Shown: positions 24,614 to 37,251, counted from the first letter of the stretch. The stretch is 64,000 nucleotides of DNA from Monocercomonoides exilis PA203 (GCA_001643675.2 LSRY02000004.1:1550001-1614000), one strand, 5' to 3'. Translations and numbers: made by a program. Notes: generated by a model not told the origin, from the letters alone.

Positions 24614-24857
24614 ATGGGTCGGAAGAAGATATACACAACTGTGGAAGAAGCGAAAGCTGCTCAACAGAAACAAATTAAACGGTTTCAAAAAAAAATGAAA
24701 GGAAGAAACTAAGTATTACAATGAACATGTATCTGAAAAACAGAAGAAGTTGATTAAGATCTTGAGGAGAAAGCTTATCGAAAGTGATGAGCTGTTAGAT
24801 GAGTTGATGGAAAAAGTTAATGGTTGTTTGCCTGCACAGGTTAAGCTGATCAGGTGA
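24614..24857 (+). pseudogene. Small basic/helical protein (~81 aa) with one frameshift, in left TIR
   Basis: MGRKKIYTTVEEAKAAQQKQIKRFQKKM, then after removing one A at ~24699, KEETKYYNEHVSEKQKKLIKILRRKLIESDELLDELMEKVNGCLPAQVKLIR*. Preceded by an AT-rich gap. Not in the ORF track. Confidence 0.5.
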
Positions 24858-25421
24858 TGTGGGAGATGCTGTGGCGTGGAAATATTGAGTTAACTCTCCG
24901 TGCTGGAAGTGTGGACAGGTGGACAGGACTGGACAGGATAAATTTCATTCTCAAAAATAGGTGGGCAAACGGGCAAAGTGAGCAAAGTGGGCAAAATACA
25001 ATTAATGTGAAAATTGATGAAATGTAACAGACTACACACGTTCGTTGTATCATCAGTTGAATCAAACAGTAGTCACGATGACGTTATAGTTGATTGCCAA
25101 CATCAATATTTTTACTCGGAAAAAGTGAAAATCGGTAGGCCGGATACCAAATTGTGGCAATATCGAGATGCTGGGGGAAGGGAAATATTGGGTAAAATCT
25201 CCGTGCTGGAAGCGTAGTCCAATAGCCCGGTTGTCCGGATCTTTTTATTTCATCTGAAAAGAGCTGCCAACATGCCATTTCTGCCAACATGGATGTTTTC
25301 CCCTTAATTTGGCATGATTATGAGGGTTTTTTTTATTTTCGATTGTTTCATCATTTTGCTCCATTGCCACACGAAATAGTTGGTGGCATTCGTTCGTTGT
25401 ATCGTCAGTGGTTAACATCAG

Positions 25422-27832
25422 TTATATCGTTGATGGTGTTAATATTGTGTTGTTGATATATAAATGACTTCTTAAAAACGAATATGTTTTGTTAATCAAG
25501 ACAGAACAGTCAATGTAATATTCATCTTCCCGTCGTTTGAGGAGCTGTTCATACTCTGACTTAAGTTCATAACACCACACTTGATTTCCTCTTCCACTTA
25601 TTTGTTTTCTCTCACATCTGTCTATAATTTCCAATTGGAATGAGTGATCGTTCTTGTATTCAGCTGGTCTGAAACATGGTGCATCAGAACATCCCCACCC
25701 TTCTTTGAGTTTATTTCAATGCTCCTGTCAGAACACATCGATGATAGAGAGTGATGCTGCAAGGATGTCTTCCTTTGCCTCCGTTGTTGGAATAGCCCTT
25801 GTGTTGAATTCAGAAAGATCTTTACTGAGGAAATAACAGAGAAGTTGTTCATAGAATTCATTATCGAAAGAGCTCGTGAAATCCTTGAAGAATGTGAGAT
25901 TGATCTTATAATTTGAGTCACAATCACAAACAACATATCTCCTGTCACCAATCTCAACCTTGACTGGGAATGAGTGATTTGTCACAAATATGAAATTGGC
26001 TTCGTTCTCAGCTGTTCTTCTTGGCTGATTCTTTTCATTGATTCTGATTGTCGAATCAGTGATTATACTCTTCAAGGCATCGAAGTCAGCTGTTCGATCA
26101 TCTCCAACATTCTTCAATTCGTTAAGTGCAATGAGCATTTTCCCTTCAACGATGGAATTGAACTGTCCTGTCAGTTCTGCAATCTCTGTGACATTCGGAC
26201 ATGAATATCCTTCCAACAGTTCAGCAAAAACATTTGCCCAGACATTCTTTCCAATACCTTGTAAACCTTTGAGAACAAGTGATGTTTCTGATTTTTTACC
26301 AGGATTTTGTAAAATTGACACAATCCAACAGAGGATGTATTGATAGAGTTTTTCGTTGTTGTTGGTGATAACTTCTCGTGTGAAATCGAGGAACGGTTTG
26401 ATGCTTTCGTCATTTTGTTCGTTTACCATTTGATATTTGAACCCATGGAACAGAGAGAATATTCGAGAGTTATCTGAGAAGAACTTTACCCTATCAATCG
26501 ATAGAACATGTGAGTATTGTTCGAAAGCTATCTCAATTGTGAGAGTCTTTTTGTCATCATGCCAGCGTTTTATTGTTTTGAACAGTTCGTTCATTGCTGA
26601 TTCTGTCTTGAATGTAATTGAATAACAAGAAGAGTGAATGTCAAATTTTTTTTTACAATGAATTCCATCCTTGCTTCAACAAACCTCAGAACTTTTGTGA
26701 GATCTTCAGCGACTTCAGACAGTGAGGAGTATTGTTTTCGACAAGCTTTCTCCCTGATTCAAAAGAACGAGAACGATGAGTTGAGATCAATTTCATGAAC
26801 AGTAATCTCTCGTGGAGGTTATTCCTTTTGCTCATTCTCTTTTCTGAGGAGTGAAATGATCACATCGTTGTTATATGTTGGATTCCATCTCTTGACAATC
26901 TTTTGAAGAACAAATGGATGTGACTTGTTGTCTCTGTTCCTGTTTCGTTTCTCTTCGTAGTGAATGATTGCATTTGCTGTTAGAGCAGCTGTCTCTCTGA
27001 TTTGATAGAAAAGAAAATCTATTGATTCGTTGTCGAAACCATCAATGTTGACAAGAGAGATGAGAGCTGCAAATAACTGGAAAAGAGATAACTCAGAATC
27101 AAGTGAAAGAGAACCTGTATCGTTATGTATTTCAACATCTTTCAGTCCATCAACAAGAACAAGAGCGACAGTTGAAGATATATCAACGATTCCATCTTGT
27201 GTGAGAAGATTGTGTGGTTCAGCTGCCATTATCGCTGATGTATTCTCTGTTTTGAGGTCAATACCGAAGATGTCAAGAACACTCTCGAGTGATGAAAGAT
27301 CTCTGAGCTCTCTGTAGTTGTTGAGGGGAATGTATTTGGTGATGATTCTCTTGCCGGCTTTCATCTCTCTGTATGAAGAGTTAGCTTAAACAACAAGCCT
27401 CTGTTTTCCATCTCCTATATATGAAAAAATGTCGATATCGTCCTCTGGACTCGTGAACACTTTGGTTTGTGATGAACATTTGAGGGAATGACCGCACAGC
27501 TTAAAATAAATGCGAAGACAACCATGAGCTGTTTGAACAAGTCCGACATTTCGGGGGAGTTTCTCGAGAATGGAATTCCTGATGGTTTTCGTTTGTTCAG
27601 CTTGAAGTGATTTGTTAATGCCAACATCAACGACACAAAGATCCTCACATTTGCTGAAATTGACAGCTGTTCCAGTGTGTCGTTGGCCCTGCTTTTCGTC
27701 AGAATATTTCTTGCAGTCGAACAAATCAAAAAGGTGATCTTTCATTCTTTCTCCCAGCGTTTGCTGTTCTGTTGAAATTGAATCAACTTATTATTGGATT
27801 ACATTGTCAGAGTCTGCTTGGGGGTTTGTCAT
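25422..27832 (-). pseudogene. AEP-superfamily primase-polymerase fused to D5-like superfamily-3 helicase (~800 codons), inactivated
   Basis: One frame from ATG 27832 with 7 stops (TAA 27791, 27788, 27386, 26819; TGA 26759, 25728, 25716) and one shift in a 9-nt run (26646-26654). AEP motifs LCVVDVG, QTAHGCLRIY and DIDIF. Helicase Walker A GLQGIGKN (26244-26267), Walker B LIALNE, motif C FIFVTNH, and DRRY. Confidence 0.88.
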
Positions 27833-28299
27833 TTTGTGAAAATCAAAAAATCATATAATTTTTGAATCAGATTTATTTTGAAAACTTCAATTTGCAGGGA
27901 AGATGATGTTGAGGTTAATGTCGAACTTTGACGGGGAACAGTTAATATTCGCAACAAACAAAAAGCGAGCAGAACAAAAATCGGTTTGGTAAACGGTGAC
28001 ACAAATGGTTTCTTGTGTTGTGCTTCGTGTGAAGACAATTACGTGTTTTGAAACGATTTTCACCTGTTATTCACAACTTTTGCATCATTTTTAATGCAAA
28101 AAAAAACGATATTTCACTGAAAGTCATATCGGAACAAGCTGTAACAAGTAACTTGTCTCATCAAAAATTTCGAATTTCTTCCTGAAATAATGGCAACGGA
28201 GGCAAAGTCTCTTGAGCAACGTAGTTGCAAACTGATATGTTCCACTGACGATATAACTGATGTGCGCCATTTAATACATACCATCTACGATACAACGTA

Positions 28300-29548
28300 G
28301 CAATGGAGCAAAATGATGAAACAATCGAAAATAAAAAAAACCCTCATAATCATGCCAAATTAAGGGGAAAACATCCATGTTGGCAGAAATGGCATGTTGG
28401 CAGCTCTTTTCAGATGAAATAAAAAGATCCGGACAACCGGGCTATTGGACTACGCTTCCAGCACGGAGATTTTACCCAATATTTCCCTTCCCCCAGCATC
28501 TCGATATTGCCACAATTTGGTATCCGGCCTACCGATTTTCACTTTTTCCGAGTAAAAATATTGATGTTGGCAATCAACTATAACGTCATCGTGACTACTG
28601 TTTGATTCAACTGATGATACAACGAACGTGTGTAGTCTGTTACATTTCATCAATTTTCACATTAATTGTATTTTGCCCACTTTGCTCACTTTGCCCGTTT
28701 GCCCACCTATTTTTGAGAATGAAATTTATCCTGTCCAGTCCTGTCCACCTGTCCACACTTCCAGCACGGAGAGTTAACTCAATATTTCCACGCCACAGCA
28801 TCTCCCACATCACCTGATCAGCTTAACCTGTGCAGGCAAACAACCATTAACTTTTTCCATCAACTCATCTAACAGCTCATCACTTTCGATAAGCTTTCTC
28901 CTCAAGATCTTAATCAACTTCTTCTGTTTTTCAGATACATGTTCATTGTAATACTTAGTTTCTTCCTTTCATTTTTTTTTGAAACCGTTTAATTTGTTTC
29001 TGTTGAGCAGCTTTCGCTTCTTCCACAGTTGTGTATATCTTCTTCCGACCCATTTACTATAAAACAAAAAACTTAATCAATTATTTTTATTTGCGATTTC
29101 ACAAACGATAACACTAATTGTCACACAAATTTACCATCTTTGACACTCTTTAACCTGTTATTTCCATCAACGGTAACACGTTCAACATACAACTCATGTA
29201 TTTCATCAATGATAACACACAATTTCACCATTAATTTACCAACTTGAACACCTTTAACAAATCTTCTAGTTAATCTTTTAGCTAATTCTCCTCCTTGGAG
29301 ATATGGTATATCAGCTATAGATACATATCGATTACACCTATCAATAACTCCATTTTTATAGAACATCACTGAATATCTAATCATGATAAACCCCTAAGAG
29401 TGTCAGCAATAACTCTCGATCTCTATCTTCTTTTCATTTCGTTTTCCAACTTATAATACAAGATGATAACAACCATCAGATATTCAAAAATCAATAATAT
29501 TGATTGACCTAATCGAGATGGATCTATAGCTGATATTCCATATCTCTT
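28300..29548 (-). repeat. Right terminal inverted repeat (1,249 bp), carrying mirror copies of the two small ORFs (29121-29384 and ~28810-29053)
   Basis: Reverse complement of 24119-25367. Confidence 0.97.
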
Positions 29549-30124
29549 AGTCATATTTCTGGTCCCTCTTTGGAATCAACACAAATACATATACGATAAC
29601 AATATCAAGGAATAGCTTCCATTTTTGTGAAATTTCATGAATATGTGCAGAAAATTGATAAAAATATGTGATTTTATAACTTGGAAATTTAACATTTGCA
29701 ACTTTTCAAAAAAAAAAAAAAAAAACCATGTTTTTGAAATAAATACGACATTATTTTTTCTGAATTGTGTGATTATTTTTGACAAAATTGTTTTTGTGCA
29801 GAAAATTTCGTTATGAAAGATTTCTTTAAATATTTCTATAGTTAAAAAAAATAATAATAAAAAATAAAAATAAAATAAAAAATAATAAAAATGAAAAGTG
29901 AAAAAAAAAATACACATATTCATTTTGACAACGCTCATCCACACATTGTTTTTACGGAAAAGAACTAATCTGATAAGAGTCAAATGAATATTTTTCCTCA
30001 TCTACTTTATTGTTCGAACGTTGAGCCATTTGTTTTTATGATTTTTGGCTATATTTTGCAGGTTTTTGAAGGGGAAAAAATATTTTTAGTGATAAATAAT
30101 AAATTGATATTTTATACACGTATG

Positions 30125-30367
30125 ATATGAAATTTCCATAAGGCTGATTTTTTTTGAAATCATTCCTTCGTTCGAGTCTTGATCTATATTTTTATCTCAA
30201 TGGGATTTTAGAAAAATAGAGCTTAAACTGAAAATTTATATTGTTCATAATGTTATTATTAAAAAACCAAAATTATTACAAAAATCCCATTGAGATGGAA
30301 ATTTTGATCAAAACTCGAAAGAAAGAATGATTTCAAAAAGGATCAACCATATTGAAAATATTCATAT
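30125..30367. mobile_element. MITE-like imperfect hairpin (~85-bp arms, ~70-bp spacer)
   Basis: 30125-30209 (…tttgaaatcattccttcgttcgagtcttgatc…atctcaatgggatttt) is the imperfect reverse complement of 30281-30367 (aaaatcccattgagat…gatcaaaactcgaaagaaagaatgatttcaaaaa…). The inverted repeat is certain; mobility is inferred. Confidence 0.55.
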
Positions 30368-30471
30368 TTCAGAATATTCTGAATGGGCATTTGATTTAGC
30401 TAATCAAAAAAAATTAAATCCGAACGATGTTTTTTTATTTAACTAATTTTGTTCCTCTCATATGAACATTT

Positions 30472-30598
<127 letters not shown>

Positions 30599-31078
30599 GT
30601 TTAAAAATTTATTTATTTATTTTTCTTCACTTTATTTAATTTTTCAAAATTCTTTTTGTTGGGTTCGGCTTCAGAATTTTCATCGTAATGTTCCAGCCCT
30701 CCTGAAAATAAGTCAGATTTTGAGAATATTTCAATTTCATCTATTCTTAAAACACTTTGTTAATAAGAAACACCATTGGTTTATGTATTGATATATGAGA
30801 TTTGATCAAAAAAATTAATTCTTTCTTTTCAATAGATGAACAAATATGGGTCAAAATTTTTTCATTTGTGAAAAAAACAACTATTTATTCCAAACTTTTT
30901 CTCCATCCTTATTATTATTGTTTTTTCATTCCCATGTCAAAAAAATACAGAAAAATTCATAAATTGAGAAAAATATTTGTTCGAGTAGAATGGAACAATA
31001 TTCATAAAGCAAAATATTTCATCCCATATTTATTATTTGATACATAACTTTTCCAAAATGAAAATCATCAATTTTTCT

Positions 31079-34000
31079 TCATTTATCAAATTTCGTCTTG
31101 TTAAGAAGATTAACTATTGAATTACTCAAAATTCGCTCTTGTTCTTCCTTTGCTTCATTGCTCAATGACCGCAGAATTCCTTTTAGCTTGGAAAGAAGAT
31201 CAAGATCCATAAGCAACGAACGAAGAGATTCATTCACAGCACTTTGGTTTTTTGAAGAAATCAAAAATGTGTGGATGAATGATAAGGAGGAAATTCGTAC
31301 TTCTTGAACAGGGCAACTGACAAAAATGAAATAAAATTATTTTAAAAGATAGAAATTATGAAAGTTTGATAAGATTAAATCAATAGATATACATACTCTA
31401 ATAATGAAATTATGTAAATTACAACTTCGTTTTCCAAGACATATGAATGCATAACTATAGTTTAAATTCAAATGTGAAAAGAAAAGACAATAAAAAACAT
31501 AAATATTAATATATTTGTTGAAAATGAAAGAAATAGAAAAAATTTTTCAGCTAAAAAAAAACCATAACTTTTCAAAAATTCAGTAAAAAAGCATTGAACA
31601 CGCACAAAAATTTGCAAACCTGAATATCTTGAAAGAAACGAATATATTTCTACGAACAATTTGGTAATTTTTTGATTCTGCAGGTTATCCATTTGAGAGA
31701 AAAATTTCTCAAAAACAAAGCAAGTTATTCGAGAAAGAAGAGAAAGAATAGAAGTGTGCTGGGATCCACTTGATGAAATTTGACGCATGCTTGTTGAAGT
31801 TGGCATTGAACTTTCAAGTTTCTTTTTCATTTCCACATCTGAAAGAGAAGAAGGGAGAAGAAGAAGAAGAGAAAGAACGGAGTAATAATGCATTCGATTG
31901 GTTATCATCGGGCTGAAATTTTTTTGATGAAATGGTTGATGTGAAAGGGTGATGATCTGATTCATAAGTGAACTGATAAGGCTGTGAAATGGATAATTCA
32001 GTTGGTGCTCAGAATTCAACAAAGAAGAACTTTCATGTGATTGAGAGTTGGCAGTATTCACGTACGTAGATAAAGGCTGGGATGAGAACAAGCAATCAAA
32101 TAACGATGATTCGGACAAATTCAGGCTTTGTTGAGGATGCTTTTGATGACTCAATTGCTCTGATTGCTTGCAATGGAGATGCGACAAGAATGAAAGAAGA
32201 AAGAATAGAAGTCGATACAATCGCCATTCTAACTCCTCACTTAAACTTTCCTCTCGAGCATTCGCTTGATCATTCAATTCTTTTTCCACTTCCTCGTCAA
32301 ATGCAGCATTTCTTGCTTCATCACTTTCTTTCTCATTATGCTGGCCCGTTTTCGCATTTTCTTCTCTCTCCATCTTTTGCTCGAGTTGAATCATCTCTCT
32401 TTCCCATCTTTTCTTCTTCATCCCTTCCAGCAAACACAAACTGCATTCAATAGATTTTAGCATTTGATAAAACCAGAAAAGCACTTTTACTTTAAGCAGA
32501 TGAAAATTTCCTTCTTCTTTGCTACCTTCAGCTTCATCTTCTCCAATTCTTGAGTTTTTCAAAGCCTCAATTCCAAACACTTTCTCAAGCAAACTACATT
32601 TCGAGCAATCGATAATAACCTTTCTCCAAAATTCAATCACATCAACAAACAAACAGTGAGAGTTTGAATTCACAAAAAGCGAAGAAACAGAAGATGAAAA
32701 ACTTGTGTCAGAAAATGGAATTGAAGACAAGGGAGACGAAGAATTGTAATATGCACCTCTTTTCAGTAAATACTCCTCTATTTGTGAATTGCTTCCATCA
32801 AAACCGGATGCTGCATTAAGAGTATCATCTGGAATGCTCAAGAAAGATGAAATTGATTGAGACTTAGTTTTTCTCCTATGCTTTTCATTGAAAGAGTTCG
32901 CAAAATGATTGAAAGATGGATTGAAAGATGAAGAGCTGCTATTTGAATAACTCGTATCATTTCTTTTTGTCTCTAACTCTTCAATCGAATAAAGTACGCT
33001 TTCTTTCTTTTCTCTTCTGTAAGATTTGCATTCTTCAAGCAGAATAATCAAGGAACTGTCAAAGAGAAGAGCAACTCGATCATTCGAAATCCATTCAAGC
33101 AATATGCTTTCTTGTGAATTCAGTTCAATTTCAGGAGTTGAAGCTGAAGAAGCTGAAGAAGAAGAAGAAGAAGATGATGATGACGATGAGTTTGAAATGG
33201 ATGAAGATTGTTGTGATGTGAAACAACATTGAAAAGCAAATGCCAGTGTCATAAATAACACATTGCTTAACTGCGAAATATTTATCAATGATTCTTCGGC
33301 TTTATTAGTGATATGAGAAGAATGATTATGCGATGGCAATCCTTGCTTAGCAAATACATTTTCGACTGTTGATGATAACAGCCTTAAGAGAATGTCACTC
33401 AAAGACAGTTCACTTTTTGATATCACTTCAGAGCTCGAAGACGAAGGAACAATTGAAGAGGAAGATGACAGAGTAGAAAAAGCAGAATTGGTGGCTGAAG
33501 GAGAAGACGAGGCTTGCACAGAGGAAACAAAAGACAAAATAGAACGCGATCCATCATTCTCTTTCTTCAAATTACCAAAAATGCTTTCTGCAAATGCAAC
33601 TGAATGACCGTCGAGACGAAGAAGAGTGCGTATCAAATCAAGCTGGTTCAGAACAATATCACATGATCCGTGCCTAATGAAGGAAATGTTGAAAAGCCAA
33701 ATAAATTCAAATGAACAAAAATATAAATATTCAAAATAAAATGAGGAAAATTTGATAATTTTTTATTTGAAAGAATGACAATCAAAAATACGGAAAAAAT
33801 AGAAAATCATTTTGATTTCAAAATACAATATTCCGTTAGCCAAAACGAAAAAATAGTCAAACCTTATAAAATTCACAATTGTATTTCCATCCATCACAGA
33901 ATCGAGAATTTTCTTTAAATACAGAATTTTTGATTCATTTCCCTTAGCTTCCGTTTTCATCAGCATTTTGCACGCATTCACAATTCCGTTTAATTCAATG

Positions 34001-37000
34001 CTTTTCCCTTTCAGTGCTCTTGTTTGAAAATAATAGAGAATATCTTCATTGGGCGAGGCTTTTCCTCTGTAACAGTCAACAACTAGCAACAAAAAGCAAA
34101 TATTTCTCGTTCCTTCGCTGATATCTTTTTGAATAACTTGCTTTGCTTCTTTGAATAAAGACGAAATTGGTATCGCTAAATCCGTTTTATCAAGCACATT
34201 TCGATTTTTCATTTTCGTTTCTTTTTCATTAAACATATTCGCCATGTTTGAAGCCTTGCTTTCTTCTTCTTCTTCTTTTTCCTTATCTTCATTCTTCGTA
34301 TCGTTTTCTATCCATTGATCCTCCTTTTCGATCTCAGCTGCTATTTCTTTTGTAACCAACTGCAAAATATGTCCCTCTCGAATGTATTGCAATGTTGTTG
34401 CTATTTTCTCTGGGAAATTTGATGAAGAAGTGTGCAAATGTGTTTCTTCTGGTGCTGAAAGCGAGGCTTCTGGTTCTTTCGCTTTGAGTCTGTTCGAATT
34501 CAATGAACCATCTGTCGCTTCATTCTTCGGCTTTAATGAATGCATAAGCCCGCACTCAATAGCTGCACTAAGAAACAGACTAACAATTTTTACTGCTTCA
34601 CTCGGATTGACCGAATTAAACTCTGTTTGATCCAAGTTTTTTGAGCCTTCTTCAAATTCTTCTTCTTCTTCTTCTTCTCTTTTTTCGTTTTTTTCATTCT
34701 TTTCATTCTGTTTTTGTGAATCAGATTTCCTTATCAAACGTAATTTTCTATTCATTTTTACATTTTTCTTTCGACTGACCCATTTTGCAAGAAGTGTCTC
34801 AAACATCTCAATCCATTCCAAGCTGAGCACATCAAGGCAGACTTCTTCATTTCTCATCCCGACTCGTACAATGTGTAGCATCACTATCACAATATAATCA
34901 TTAACCCAATACTTAAAATTCACTCTTTTCCTGTTTTCCTCATCAGAACATATCCTGTTTGTTTCATCCAATTCAGCTGAATCCACATCAGAAATTCTCT
35001 CTTTGAGACATCTTTTGATGTCTGGAAAGCTGCCAAGTGCGAAAGAAGTGCTGATCAGATGAGGATAATGTCGAGTCACTGATAGAAGGAAAGAAGATGA
35101 AATCATCAGTTTTCTAAAAAAAGCATCAGAATATGAAAATGCACAAGACGAAAGTTGATCAAGCTGCTGGCGAAAATATGAGTGATGGAAATGAATTGAG
35201 TTTTGAAGTGCGAATGAGGGTGAAATGGATGAAAGGGAAGAGGAATACTGAAGAACCGGATCCAAATGAATGGTCTCTGATGATTTATCCTCAGAAGCCA
35301 TGGAAGATGACTGGAATGAGATGTGATTGCTTTCAGACCGAGACATTCTTTGTGATGGACTGACTGAAGAAGAAGACGAAAGCAGAGAAGACGGTGAAGT
35401 TGATGAGGATGTGGATGAGGAAGAGGATGATGATAAAGGAGACAATTGAACTGGCAATGATTCAGGAAGTTCAATATCAGGACTCAGAAGCTCAGCAGGC
35501 ATTTCACTAGGAGATGCATCGTCAGATATTGGAGAAGGAATAGAAGAAGAAGAAGAAGATGAAGAAGAAGATGAAGAAGAAGCAGAAGAAGAGCTTGAAA
35601 ATCCATGAATTTTTTGTTCGAATGGAAGCTCACCAGAAGGGTGATCAGAAATTGATAAATGAGCAATCGATGAATCAGAGTGAGACGCAAAAATGTCTCC
35701 AATGATTCGATAAAGAAGCGGATGTTCAGCTATAAAACTACATTTGAGTTAAAAATTACGCAAATTTGTATTCAAAATAATGAAACATGAAGAGAAAAGT
35801 TACATTTTTCATAAGCCAAATTGAAAGCAGAATTTTATTCTCAGCAAACTTGTCGTCTATCCCCTGTTCTGCCTGCTCACATCTTTTTTGCAAGGAAAGC
35901 AAAGCTGGTTGGAATGTCGCATGCATCAGCAGATTACCAACGGACTGTCACAGAAAAGCATCAAAATAACAAAGTACAGAAATGAATATAAACAAACACA
36001 TTAAGAACACATTAATAAACAAATAAACAAAATTAAATACAATTTTCAACAGATTTTTATAAAAAGACAGTCGAAGCAACATCAAAAATCATTTTTCTTT
36101 ATTTTTTTTTTAAAAAAAAATCCTATTTTTTCATTTAATAAATTATCTGTTACATACCAAGTGACTTTCAGAAGCGCATGCGCATCGAATCCATTCAAAG
36201 AAATTTAAAAGATCATTTGCATTTTTCAATTCCCTTTCAATTCTCTCTATTTTACTATTTGCATTTGCATTATCTGATCTTTGTGAATCATTATTTGTTC
36301 CTTTATGGTCATCTGTTGCTAAAGCATGAATTTCTGAGTTGGATGTTTTCTTCTTTTTATCTTTATTCAGTTTAACAGTCAAACGTTTCACATGGCGCTC
36401 CAAAATAGCACGAGCAATCCGAATCACAGATTCAATATCATTTATTTCTTGTATTCTTAAATATATTTTCAAACGAACAAAAACATTACAAAATAAGACG
36501 AAATAGAAATAAAAATAAATAATTATACACATTTAATTATGATGGAAAATCCATTCTGCAATCAAACCTTTTAGCCATTTCTTCTCGTTGAATTGGAGAA
36601 ATGCTAATTGAATCAATACACACCTTTGCGGAGAGTGATTTCTTTGAAAGATGTCCTGAAAAATAAGAAGAACAAATAAACTGTTTTGATATTTCTTCAA
36701 AGTTAAAAGAAACATTTCAAACCTATTCTCACAAAATTTAATGAATCGAAAAAGATATTTTCTTCAGATAATGGAGAATGAGGAACGCCATGCGAAACGA
36801 GAGTGTAAATCCCTATAAAAAGTTCTGTGGTAAGCGAAATGATTTGCTTTTATAAAAAATACATTTCCATCAATCATCAAAAAGCAAAAATATTTAATTC
36901 ACCTTCACAGATCGTGCAATATGACGAATTCCGTCAACTTCAAAAAGATAAGCTAACGAATAATCATATTTTTCTGGTGTAATCAAAATCGTATTGCCAT

Positions 37001-37130
37001 CAACAGAGCATGATTCAGATTGCTGAAGAAAAGGAAAACGTGTTGTTATAAAGCGATAAAGATCATAAATCTTTCCATCATATGCAATATCCTTCATAGA
37101 TATAGCATATGATTCACTATCACTCTCCAT
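31079..37130 (-). CDS. Large multi-exon protein of unknown function (helical segments with Ser-rich low-complexity inserts); exon boundaries approximate
   Basis: Colinear minus-strand coding blocks (~36900-37130, ~36540-36660, ~36150-36455, ~35800-35965, ~33860-35730, ~31620-33675, 31079-31320) separated by short AT-rich intron-like gaps. Confidence 0.65.
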
Positions 37131-37251
37131 GATTCCTTTATATTTTTTTGTTTTCAAGGAATTCACTAAACAAAAATTCTCAAATTTTATATTTTATAAA
37201 GGTTATGTATGCATAATAAAAATTTTTATAAAAATAAAACTATTTTGCTAA

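Larger units (their letters stand above)
24119..25367 (+). repeat. Left terminal inverted repeat (1,249 bp)
   Basis: Paired coordinates always sum to 53667 (24119/29548, 24283/29384, 25014/28653, 25290/28377, 25367/28300). Mirrored ORF translations are identical. Confidence 0.97.
24119..29548. mobile_element. 5,430-bp TIR-bounded virus/plasmid-like element carrying a primase-polymerase/SF3 helicase pseudogene
   Basis: 1,249-bp inverted repeats at both ends with unrelated AT-rich flanks outside. The internal 2.9 kb encodes AEP and D5-helicase motifs with no introns. Confidence 0.8.

Noticed and set aside
24860-25440. CRISPR-like array
   Set aside because: Only two long diverged units plus short irregular iterons, with no regular repeat-spacer period and no cas genes, in a eukaryotic context.
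25422-27832. Element gene using the TAA/TAG=Gln code known from some oxymonads (in-frame CAA TAA TAA; KE-TAA-PP)
   Set aside because: Three in-frame TGA stops also interrupt the frame, roughly 25 Gln codons are ordinary CAA/CAG, and catalytic residues are mutated. Nonsense decay (including CAA to TAA) is simpler. Aligning to intact copies would settle it.
24119-29548. Canonical Polinton/Maverick or cut-and-paste DNA transposon
   Set aside because: No pPolB, retroviral-type integrase, packaging ATPase, protease, capsid or DDE transposase motifs are visible, it is too small, and there is no clean 6-bp TSD.
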